Positions 44,703-54,458 of a stretch of DNA of 64,000 nt are shown here, piece by piece. Source of the stretch: Histomonas meleagridis 2922-C6/04-290x. Taxonomy: Eukaryota; Protista; Parabasalia. The position numbers and the translations under genes are program-made. The notes under the pieces are model-generated. The model saw nothing but the letters and a program-made list of their open reading frames with translations, made no database searches and was not told where the DNA came from. The stretch spans positions 186,001-250,000 of the forward strand of contig JAANOX010000190.1 of assembly GCA_020184695.1 (NCBI GenBank), in the 5' to 3' direction. Within the stretch, counting starts at the first letter, position 1; the number at the start of each line of letters is the position of its first letter.

Positions 44703-44927
44703 ATGGGTTCATCTTCAAGTAAAGCAGAAGAAACTATGCTTCTAGATATTCTTATACCAAAAGCTTTCAGAACATGCGTGGATGATTTATCGACAGAGCA
44801 TCTCACAGATTCCGAAAAAACAAAAATAAAGAAATTTGTTTATCGTTTTGTTGAAACATATTATGAATCAAAACAAACTGTCGGAGAGCAAATGCTACTT
44901 TCAGATTATTCAGATTTCTTGTACTAA
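44703..44927 (+). CDS. Small Tim (Tim9/Tim10)-like protein with reduced cysteines
   Basis: 74 aa; AFRTCVDDLSTEHLTDSEKTKIKKFVYRF follows the Tim10/DDP spacing (F..C...L...E...I.....RF) with only one Cys. Confidence 0.55.
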   Translation: MGSSSSKAEETMLLDILIPKAFRTCVDDLSTEHLTDSEKTKIKKFVYRFVETYYESKQTVGEQMLLSDYSDFLY

Positions 44928-44988
44928 ACAATTATTATTATTATTTTTTCGAAATTTTCAATACAAAAATCAGTGGTTTTCTTTTTAT

Positions 44989-45555
44989 TTAAAGTTTTTG
45001 GTTACTCCAACTTCCGTTGTATGTGTATTCACCTTCTGCTCTGATGAAAACAAATTGACATACTTTAACACCAGGCTTAAGTATAAGAGGTCTTGGGCTA
45101 AGATTGCAAATTTCAAGTACTTGCCTATTATTAATTCCTGGTGCCATTAAACTTGCTGTGAAATGAATAAGAAGTCCTAATCTAGCCATTCTACTTCTTC
45201 CTTCTAATAGTCCACACATATTTGGTGGCAACTTTACAGTTTCTTTTGTGATTCCAAGACATGATGTAAATGGTTTCAACAAAAATCCTTCACCATCTTC
45301 AACATGTACAAGTTTTGTGATTTTCTCACTTCTATAATCAACATCAGCTTCAAGTGTTATTGGCGTTTCATCTTCAAGAAAGATACGAAATTCATTCCCT
45401 AAAGTAAGATCGACACTTGCAGGTCCAACATTTTCAAGTTTGAAAGGTTCGCTTATCTCTATATTGCCCTTTTTTATTTCTTCAATTATGGCATCATGTG
45501 TGAGCACACAACCAATGTTACATAACGTAGAAGCATCAGAAGATCGTACTTGCAT
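44989..45555 (-). CDS. dcd: dCTP deaminase (prokaryote-type)
   Basis: VGPASVDLTLG, LEGRSRMARLGL (Ser/Arg positions retained), LEICN (Glu) and LKPGVKVCQFVF. Confidence 0.88.
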   Translation of the reverse strand: MQVRSSDASTLCNIGCVLTHDAIIEEIKKGNIEISEPFKLENVGPASVDLTLGNEFRIFLEDETPITLEADVDYRSEKITKLVHVEDGEGFLLKPFTSCLGITKETVKLPPNMCGLLEGRSRMARLGLLIHFTASLMAPGINNRQVLEICNLSPRPLILKPGVKVCQFVFIRAEGEYTYNGSWSNQKL

Positions 45556-45666
45556 CCAAGTACGAGTTTTTCTTTACTTATATGGCCAGCCATCCATTTT
45601 CAATTACCGCTTGACCATCACAAACCGTTGTTGTAACGCTCGAACGTTAAAAATGAAAAAAGTCAA

Positions 45667-46509
45667 ATGAATATACCACTTGCTTCAATTGATTATATAT
45701 CTAATTGTATCTTCAGAATTTCGGTTAATTCACCCTATTATATATTTACTATGATGGTAATTTTAGGGCCAACAGTTGGATATTTTGATCAATTGAGGAA
45801 AATGATTATCAATAAATCTCCATTTATGTTTAATAAACATACAGCACTCATTCAAATGCTATCCAACTTATTGAGGTTTATATATTGGCAATTTGAACCA
45901 TATATTTTTTATTTGCTTTGTCAATCAATATGCGTATTTTCATTGCAACTTATTCTTTCTTTTTTATCTTTTCACTATATGGATCCAGGAGAAATATTTG
46001 ACAATGAACCATTTATTTATAATCCTTTAGGATACAGAATTCCAATACAAAGCGGTTCAGAAAAACATTATAATTTTTTCTACATATATAAAGCAACAAC
46101 AGCAATGCAGTTTTTTCTGTCGTTGTGTTTATATTTCTGTATAATTTTATTGATCTTCCAGATTGGAAGTGCAATCATCGGATACAAAAATATGGCTACT
46201 GTTACAATCCTGCTCTCCAACATCATTGATTCATTCACGTCTCTTCCACAATTTGTTCAAATTGTATGGTATAGAGAAATCGAAAATGTTTCTTCTGTTC
46301 TTGTTGCTCAATTCCTTGCAGGCGACATTATGAAACTATGTATGTACATACTTGGTCACGCAGCATGGCCATTCAAGTTTGGTGCATCTTTGCAAACATG
46401 TTTAGATACAATATTATTAATTTCTTATGTCAGGCAAAAATGCTTTGCTCAGCCAACGAATCAACAAAGCCGAAGAAATTCTATGCAAGAGGAAATTCTT
46501 CCAAAATGA
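45667..46509 (+). CDS. PQ-loop repeat membrane protein (PQLC1/SLC66A2-like)
   Basis: Multiple TM segments; GYFDQL, SLPQFVQI and QFLAGDIMK. Confidence 0.8.
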   Translation: MNIPLASIDYISNCIFRISVNSPYYIFTMMVILGPTVGYFDQLRKMIINKSPFMFNKHTALIQMLSNLLRFIYWQFEPYIFYLLCQSICVFSLQLILSFLSFHYMDPGEIFDNEPFIYNPLGYRIPIQSGSEKHYNFFYIYKATTAMQFFLSLCLYFCIILLIFQIGSAIIGYKNMATVTILLSNIIDSFTSLPQFVQIVWYREIENVSSVLVAQFLAGDIMKLCMYILGHAAWPFKFGASLQTCLDTILLISYVRQKCFAQPTNQQSRRNSMQEEILPK

Positions 46510-46705
46510 ATACGTTTAATAGATTTATAAATATTTTCTATCTACGAACTATTTTTTTTTTTCAAATTGAACTTATGATAATAAGTTAGTTGCTTCATTC
46601 ATTAGATAAGCTTGAGCGAAGAAATGCTTCAAAAGGAAACTTTTGTTTTTTGTGTGGAACAAAAAAACTAAATTCGCTTTTTCAGTACTTTACGTAATTT
46701 ATAAA

Positions 46706-47173
46706 ATGTGCGATTGCTTCAAATCAAATGCCCAACTTGAAGACGTTGATAAATCTCAAATGATTGAATACTCAAGGCAATTATTTGATTTATTCAAGGA
46801 TGATGTGTACGTAACAATTTTTGATCCAGAATGGAAACCAATTTGGCAATCAGCTTCATCAGAAAATTTTTCACAAGAATTCCAAAGACAAATTGAAGAT
46901 GTGGGAAGGTTAATTGCTAGCAGTGAAGAGTCTATCCTTCAACTCAATTCAGGATGGCGAGTTGACGAATTAACTTCTTTTCGTTTAACTTGTCATTCAA
47001 GTCGAATTTTTGTTTATATCCTACAGCAAACATATAGGCTTGTAGTAATCAACAAATATTCATCACATGATAATATTGAAGAGGATACAAATTTTGATCA
47101 AACCATAAAGTCACTTTGTCACAGTGTTTCAAATTCTATCTATGCTTGCTCACAAAGCGATAAAACTGTTTAG
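46706..47173 (+). CDS. Hypothetical protein, Cys-rich N-terminus (MCDCF)
   Basis: ATG 46706 within ORF 46643..47173; no family recognised. Confidence 0.5.
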   Translation: MCDCFKSNAQLEDVDKSQMIEYSRQLFDLFKDDVYVTIFDPEWKPIWQSASSENFSQEFQRQIEDVGRLIASSEESILQLNSGWRVDELTSFRLTCHSSRIFVYILQQTYRLVVINKYSSHDNIEEDTNFDQTIKSLCHSVSNSIYACSQSDKTV

Positions 47174-47422
47174 ACTTTATAATAAGCTTGCGGAAATTTA
47201 TGTTTTTCTTATAATCCCATAATTTCTTCATTTTTATTAGTAAAATCTCTATAAGTTATCTTTTGATTAAAAAAGCTTTCTAAATGATGTTAAGAAAGTT
47301 TTTTGTTTTGGAAGATTTCTTCGCTTTTTTTAACGTTCAAACAGTGTCACTTTTGAATAACACTAACAATGCAAATGACAAAAAAAATTTTATAAACATT
47401 AGTAATAATTCAAACAGTTTAA

Positions 47423-48670
47423 TTATTCATGTTTCTTGAAGTTGAGCGTTTTCTTTCTTTTCACAAAGAAGAATGCAACGTAACAAGCAAGTTCAATGAA
47501 TGAAATCATATACAAAAATGTCGGAACAAACGACGATTTCATTTCTTTAGATCTGCTTTTTGCTTCATCTGTTAAGTTATCATAGTCTTTAATTCTGTTA
47601 TAAAATGACATCAATGTATTAATTGAATCATTTTTAGAGTTCGATAACGCGTCCATTGCGCATTGCGATATTGAGTCCATTTTATCTTTGACAATGTTTT
47701 TAAGATTTTTTAAGTCATCTTGAATTTCGGTGAATGATCGAGATCGCTTTTCCATTTTATGTTCAGTCCTCATCAAACTAACAGTTAGCGTTGCGTGTAC
47801 AAGCCTCTGTAAGTCTTTAGTTGTTAAAGAATCTTTTAACCGACTTCTAATTTCAAGAAGAAGATCTCGAATTTCTTGCCCAGAATAATTGTTTTTCCCA
47901 GATTGGTCTAGTTTATATGAAGCCTTTTCCATTTCATTGATTATGCGCTCCGCAAGTGGGAGAACAGGGTGTGAAATTGGCTTTAAAAGTTTTCTAAGTT
48001 TACGACGGTTTGCATCGTCCATTTCGGTTTTATTGAATTTTTCTGTGTGATTTGGGGGGATCCTTGTCAAAAAGTGGAATAGCTCTGATTCGCCAATGCC
48101 TTCTTGGCTCTCAGCAAAAAATGAGAAGTAATTTGCATTTGGAATGGTTGCTTCGATTGGATCACCACATTGGGTAAAGTCTGAACCTCGGTCATCTAAT
48201 GCATAACATGTTATTGTATTATCTTTGTATGTTATGCGAACTGTGACGTTTTGAGAGTAAACCTGGCAGAGGTTTCGGTGAATTTGATTGTCGTCGTTAA
48301 GATAATGAAATGCTATTTTTAGTTTCATATTATCTATTCTTGTAATGTTGAAAGAAATTTGATTAAAAGATGTTGCATTGGTGTGGATATAATAAGGACA
48401 GAAATTGTCTGAGATTATAAAGGATAAGGAACCTTTTGAAACTTCAGCACGGAACTCAGATAACCAATCATTAGAAGTAGTGGGTAAGCGCTGGCATATA
48501 CCGCTGTTTTGTTTTTTATAATCTGATGCAAAATGAATAGAACTCTTGAGATTTGTTGCCACACCAACAAGAGACCAAAACCCCAGTTCATTTGAATTTG
48601 ATAACGTTATTGGAGGAAAGATGTCAAATGATCCTTCTAATGAAAAACATAAGAAAAGGAATGTTCCCAT
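47423..48670 (-). CDS. L-type lectin-like type I membrane protein (ERGIC-53/VIP36-like) with KKXX retrieval signal
   Basis: Signal peptide, beta-sandwich region (FWSLVGVA...YFSFFAES), coiled coil, TM FLYMISFIELACYVAFFFV and C-terminal KKHE. Confidence 0.75.
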   Translation of the reverse strand: MGTFLFLCFSLEGSFDIFPPITLSNSNELGFWSLVGVATNLKSSIHFASDYKKQNSGICQRLPTTSNDWLSEFRAEVSKGSLSFIISDNFCPYYIHTNATSFNQISFNITRIDNMKLKIAFHYLNDDNQIHRNLCQVYSQNVTVRITYKDNTITCYALDDRGSDFTQCGDPIEATIPNANYFSFFAESQEGIGESELFHFLTRIPPNHTEKFNKTEMDDANRRKLRKLLKPISHPVLPLAERIINEMEKASYKLDQSGKNNYSGQEIRDLLLEIRSRLKDSLTTKDLQRLVHATLTVSLMRTEHKMEKRSRSFTEIQDDLKNLKNIVKDKMDSISQCAMDALSNSKNDSINTLMSFYNRIKDYDNLTDEAKSRSKEMKSSFVPTFLYMISFIELACYVAFFFVKRKKTLNFKKHE

Positions 48671-48977
48671 ATAAAAGAAATGTTATGTGAAATAGCTGAA
48701 TTCTATTTTGTCCTTTGTGATTTGATAATCAAGATAAAACGGGTAAAATATTGTTAAGACGACGCAATTTCAACCTTTCATTAGTCATTTTGATTTTCAA
48801 TATGATAAATGAGAAGTCACTTAATTTATGTTTATGCACATAAAGTTTCCAGATAAATAACAATTGTTTCCATAGTCATAGCAATAAAAAATCGTGTAAA
48901 TGTAATTGACTTTGAAACGTTTCATTCTGATTGGAAATTAAAGTTTCATTTACACTTCTTCTAAAAAAATCATCGAT

Positions 48978-49059
48978 GGTACTTTGGCCGAGTGGTCTAA
49001 GGCGTTGGATTTAAGCCCCAATACCGAGAGGTGCGTGGGTTCGAACCCCACAGGTACCA
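48978..49059 (+). tRNA. trnL-UAA: tRNA-Leu(TAA)
   Basis: Acceptor stem GGTACTT/AGGTACC + A, D-arm TGGCCGAGTGGTCTAAGGC, anticodon loop TTTAAGC, long variable arm and T-arm GTGGGTTCGAACCCCAC. Confidence 0.95.
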
Positions 49060-49060
49060 G

Positions 49061-49066
49061 TTTTTT
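49061..49066 (+). terminator. Pol III T-run terminator
   Basis: TTTTTT immediately after the tRNA. Confidence 0.7.
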
Positions 49067-49390
49067 GTTTTTGATTTATCCTTGAATCATGACTTTCATT
49101 CTATTATAAATGTATTCCCTTTTGATGCGATTTCTTCTATAATTTCATTGTTCATTTTCATTCCTTCTTTTTCTGAAAACATGAAGATTTCATAATTATT
49201 AAATACGATATGCATTTTTTCCCAAGATATATTAAATTTCTATCACTTAAATTACAATTATCTTATTTAAGATATTACAATTATCGGCTCTGATGCAAAA
49301 CGCCCTCCATTTTGCGGTTTTTGAACGATAGGAAATTTGAGGAAAAATAGAAATGCCACATTAGGGCACCCCATCCATCATCCTGACGGC

Positions 49391-49449
49391 CGGTTTCGAT
49401 CGTTATCCATTGAAAAACGAAGTTTTTCAATGGATAACGATCGAAACCG
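49391..49449. repeat. Perfect 28-bp palindrome with C-GAA-G triloop inside the transposon left arm
   Basis: CGGTTTCGATCGTTATCCATTGAAAAAC GAA GTTTTTCAATGGATAACGATCGAAACCG. Confidence 0.95.
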
Positions 49450-49637
49450 CTCGCACCTTCGGTGCTCGCATTTGATACATATTAATATATATATTTTGAC
49501 GAACAAAATATTTGACATAACGATAATATTTAGATTATTAAATAAAATATATAAGATTTATTATAACGGTTATCGATAAAAATTTATTCATATTTTTTGT
49601 TTGTAAAGTAGTCAAAAAGTCGATCATTTTTTTATTG

Positions 49638-50536
49638 ATGCAATTGCAATTCGAAACCATAAAGAAAGTGTTAAAATTAAATAACAAAAGCTTCATCAAA
49701 TGGGCCTCTGAGCAGGGAATCATTCCTGATATCCACCAAATTCAAATATGTCCGAAATGTCAATCGTTAATGAAAGTTTATTTCTCACCAAGTTACCCTG
49801 ATGGTGCTGCATATAGATGCTGCTCAAGTAAATGCAGAAATTCAAAATCAATCAGATTAGATTCATGGGTATCACAATCAAAACTTTCATTAAGGGGATT
49901 TGTTCACATTTTAGCATGTTGGGTAGAAGGTTTTTGATATAAGAACTACATCTAAAATTACCGGTGTATGTGAACGATCAGTAATAACATGGTTTCAAAC
50001 TTTTTCGATCTATTGCAGAAAAAGAATATCGAAAAGATATAGCTCAGAATTTACTTGGTGATGGAATAGTCGAAATTGATGAAAGTCATTTTTTCGGTGC
50101 TAAATACAACAAAGGAAGTGCATTGGAAAAAGAAGAAATTTGGGTTTTTGGCGAAATAGACAGTAAAACAATGAGAGTTGTTGCTGAGATTTGCGAAAAT
50201 AGATCGAAAGAAGTTCTCATTCCAATTATTTGTTCAACAGTTAGACCTAATTCAGAAATTTGGTCTGATGAATGGAAGGCATATAATACTCTTAGTGATT
50301 TAGGTTATGTACACAAAACAGTAAATCACTCAGAAAATTTTGTAGATCCGATTACTGAGGCACATACTCAAAAAATAGAAGGTACATGGAATCTAATAAA
50401 AGGATACCTAATAAAAAATGGATTTAGAGACAGAAATTATTTCGAATCATATATCCATTAATGGTGCTTTCGAAGAAATATAGGAAATACATTTGAAAGA
50501 TGCTGGAAAGTAATAATTGGTGAAATTTCTTACTAA
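49638..50536 (+). pseudogene. Merlin/IS1595-family transposase, disrupted (two +1 T-run frameshifts, one TAA)
   Basis: Zn-ribbon CPKC...YRCC, VEIDESHFFGAKYNKG, IWSDEWKAY, HKTVNHSENFVDP, HTQKIEGTW. Breaks near 49935 and 50005, TAA at 50459. Confidence 0.88.
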
Positions 50537-51134
50537 ACTAATGATAATTTAAAATATTTTTATTAGAAAAATGATTTCGAAGTGTATCAGACCCCCCCCC
50601 CCCAATGATATATTTTGCCATTATTCACTTTTTGAAATGACTTTGATCTCCTTATCAAAAGTCGAATATTTTTATTGCCATTTTTTTTCCTTTCAAATTT
50701 CCTATCGTTCAAAAACCGCAAAATGGAGGGCGTTTTGCATCCTAACCCAATTATCAATTAATTTTTGATTTTGGAATTCGATTTTGTAAAAGAAGAGTTT
50801 GATAATAAAAATTCTCCAATTTTATTTTCATAAAGATAATGAAAAATTTCATTTTGATGATATTCTATCGCTGTTTCATATGCTTCAACGATGAATTATT
50901 TTGTTCACATAAATTAATAATTTCTAAGTTTCCACCTGCTATTGCATATTTAGATGTACTTTTAATATTCGAGTTATTTAATAACACATATATAAAACAT
51001 TTAATCGAGCCAAAAAAAAAACATGAGGTGGCCGCAAGAGGCTGGAAATTTTATAAGTAAATCTTAAAACCCAGTGATCTACTTGTAGCTCATTCATAAG
51101 AAGGCACTTTTCGGTTTATTGTACGTTGCAAAAA

Positions 51135-52352
51135 ATGAAAAAAAAAAGTTTTGATTCTGGTTCATATATTGAAGAAAAAATAGCACCAAATATTGAAGCC
51201 AGGATCAAAGAGCTAACACAGAAAAGAGATGAACTTAAATTACAAAATCAATCTCTAAATCAAAAGTTATTATCTCTTCAACGGCGAAACGATGAAATAC
51301 TTAAACAACTCCAACGAGAATCTCAGACTTTTGAGGAAAATCTCAATGCTCATAAAAAATTATATGAAAAAACCAAAGCAGAATGTGACCAAGAAATAGA
51401 AAACTTTAAACATGAAATGGATGAAGAACTTAAAAAATGTACTCAAGTTCTTGTAGCGCATCGTAAAGATCGGAATTATCTTAGATTTAATCTTCAATCC
51501 AAAAAAGAAATTGATGAAACACGAATTGCCATGTTAACTCAACGAGACAACTTAACGCAACAACTCAAAGATCTTGTCAAAGAGTTACGTGACGAAACCA
51601 ACAAATTTGAAAAAGAAACAGCTCTTTTCCGTGGTCAAAAGAATGAAGAAGAAAAGGCTAAGCTTCAGCATCTAATTGAAGAAGCAAAAGCCTCTATTGA
51701 CAAAGAGAAAATCGACACTCTTAAAGAAGCAGAATCTCAAAGTAAAATTCTTGCAAATAAAGTTGTCAAATTCCAAAAAGTGGTAATTTCACTTCGCGAC
51801 CGTTATAACAAACTTTTATCAGAAGCGAATGAACTTGAAATGCAAACAATGGAAGCCAAATTAGTAACACAACTTGTTCACCCAAAATCTACCCAGTCAA
51901 TTATAAACAAACTTCATCTTGAAAAAGAAAAGATTGAAGAACAAAAACTGAAAGCTAAAACTGCGCCCGAAGCAGAAAATCGAAGGAAAGCAACTCAACA
52001 TATGAATGCCATGAAAAAGAAACGAAATGAGTTAAGTGGATTCATTAAATTAAATTCTATTAAAAAAGAAGAGTTGACGAAATTAAGAGAATTAGCATCG
52101 AATGTTATTGAGCAAAGGAATGCATTGGTTACATTTATGAATGAAACAATGGCTGCATTAAGACATCAAATTGCAGAAGAATATGATCAAAAAGGTTTAC
52201 CTTTTCGGACATCAGAACTTATATTGTGTCATCTAAAGGATGGCGAAGAAAGGAAAAAAGGCGGCGAAATGTCTCCAGATGAACAGTTGTGGATAATGGA
52301 AATGCTGTACTCAAGGTTTTGTGGGGTGCCACTTCCAAGGAACGAAGATTAA
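51135..52352 (+). CDS. Coiled-coil protein, BBOF1/CCDC176 (DUF4515)-like
   Basis: Long coiled coil; C-terminal EMSPDEQLWIMEMLYSRFCG resembles the recalled BBOF1 terminal motif. Confidence 0.55.
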   Translation: MKKKSFDSGSYIEEKIAPNIEARIKELTQKRDELKLQNQSLNQKLLSLQRRNDEILKQLQRESQTFEENLNAHKKLYEKTKAECDQEIENFKHEMDEELKKCTQVLVAHRKDRNYLRFNLQSKKEIDETRIAMLTQRDNLTQQLKDLVKELRDETNKFEKETALFRGQKNEEEKAKLQHLIEEAKASIDKEKIDTLKEAESQSKILANKVVKFQKVVISLRDRYNKLLSEANELEMQTMEAKLVTQLVHPKSTQSIINKLHLEKEKIEEQKLKAKTAPEAENRRKATQHMNAMKKKRNELSGFIKLNSIKKEELTKLRELASNVIEQRNALVTFMNETMAALRHQIAEEYDQKGLPFRTSELILCHLKDGEERKKGGEMSPDEQLWIMEMLYSRFCGVPLPRNED

Positions 52353-53147
52353 ATATGTTTGTGTTTGTAAAATCGAGTTAAAAATATTTAATTTTTTAAT
52401 ATATTGTATTTGTGAAATTTGTGTGAATTCTTATTATTAATTTCGAATTTACGCTCTTACCTATTTAGTGATGAAATAAACATCGCCACGCAGAAAATAT
52501 TATTGCTTACCAACACATTGAATTTGGTATATATGATTTATGATGTGTATTTAAATAAATTACATGTGGGTATAAAAATTATCAACCCAATTTATAGAAA
52601 GAGAAATTTTTTTATATTATTAGCACATTTTTATTGTTTTGTTTGAAAAAGTTCGGATTTGTGCCTGAAATTTCGATCGAAAACCACTAACTTCTCAACT
52701 AAATATCTTCTCAATAAAAATGGAGTTCCATCATTCTAGTGGATATACTAATAATTCAACTGTAATTGATATAATTTACTTAACATTAGATACAACATGC
52801 ATGTTATTATCAATGTCTAACTATTTCACAAATTTGAACAAAATATTTTTCCAGACACCTCCCAAATGGTAATCTTTTTCTTCAAAAATTATTATGTATA
52901 TGCTTTATATATGGAAAGTTGCATGCACTTACACTCAAGTAGATATTCTTACAATTTTTTCATACTTTATTTTGATTAATAAACTAAAGATGTGCATTAA
53001 GTCTTTTATTTCATATTTTGGGAACACAATGAAATGAAAATATTAACAGAATAATCAAATTATAAAAAGGTAAAAGAAATGCAATTTTTATATTTTTGGA
53101 AATAACAATTAATAAACAAAAAACATTTAAATACACTATAAATATCT

Positions 53148-54180
53148 TTAGAAGATGCCAAGCGCGCGTTGGTAATAATCTTGCATGTTTTTCAGCTCCT
53201 TCATATTTCCCATAAAGTCGAAGTGCGATTTCTTCTTCACTGATCCCTTGGCAGCAATACGAGTCAATACCTTCGCGTCTCCAATAATATCCTGAAATAA
53301 GAAATGGATAATGTTCAGATACATACAAATGACCTTCGTCAACAACTTTCGAATCTGAAATATATTCTGAAAATTCTTCGTATTTAGAATACCCTTCAAT
53401 TTGGAGATATCCACTTCCTGTGTATTTCGTATTAATATCTTCTTTGGTGTTATGTGTATATAATCCAAAATTCGATTTATATGCACAGTGACTTATGAAA
53501 CGTAAAAATGATTGTCGACTACTGATGAACTCTTCAACGCATTTCTGAAGATCGCTGACAATGGCTTCTGACGTATTATACCATCCAAACGCAGATAATT
53601 GCGATGCTGTTACTGTTGTTGTCCAACTTGGCAATGGCGTCGGAGCTGGAGTTGGCGATGATGGCGGCGGCGCTTCTGTTGGAGTATATGTGTTTGATTG
53701 CGTAAATGCTTCTGTTGGAGAAAATGTTTTAGAAGGAGTAGCTGTCGGTGATTTAGAAGGAGAAGCTGTTGGCGATTTAGAAGGAGTAGCTGTGGGTGAT
53801 TTCGAAGGTGAAGCTGTCGGTGATCGTGATGGTGTTGGAAGTGGAACTGGAATTAAGAGAACTTCTCCAACATAAAGTGTGTATGGGTATGCTTTCATAT
53901 TGGATATTGCAAGATCTTCCGTTGTGAGTCCATAGTTTGCTGCAATCACTGAAAGCGAATCACCTGATTTAACTGTATATGTAACATATGTTCTTTTCGC
54001 TTCTTTAATATTAAGAACTTGTCCAACTGTAATGAAGTCTGGATTTGAAATTCCGTTCCATTCTTGAATTTGTGCAATTGTGACACTAAAAAGTTGTGCA
54101 ATTGATGTTAATGTATCACCAGATCTTACTGTATATGTTATTGCAACTGAATTTGCCGCTGTTAATAGAATCAAAAACAT
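53148..54180 (-). CDS. Secreted LysMx2 + short stalk + GH19-like protein, copy C (frameshift in A-run near 53191)
   Basis: Near-identical to copy B in inverted orientation, with 4 stalk repeats; the terminal YYQRALGIF is in ORF 53148..53486. Confidence 0.85.
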
Positions 54181-54458
54181 TTTTGAAAGAATTGTGAACC
54201 GAATTTCTCTTTTGAAGCATTCCGTTTTTATTGAATTTTTTTTTTGTTAACTTTTTCAGTTAATTAACTAGTCAATAAATATCGCTCGACTAAGTTTTTC
54301 ATTATAGAAACAATAGTATTATATGATATTGGTGAGCAAACGCTTGTTATTGTGCGAGAATATTCTCTTCTATTTATTATCTTCTATTTTCTCAAGTGGA
54401 AAAAGAATGAATTTTAATTTGCATATTAACAGTTATATAAATAATTTACAAACAAATA

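Larger units (their letters stand above)
49286..50747 (+). mobile_element. Merlin (IS1016/ISXO2-like DDE) DNA transposon, 1462 bp, with TIRs and 8-bp TSD
   Basis: Perfect 49-bp inverted repeat at 49292-49340 / 50693-50741, termini GG...CC, and direct repeat CAATTATC at 49278-49285 and 50748-50755. Confidence 0.93.
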
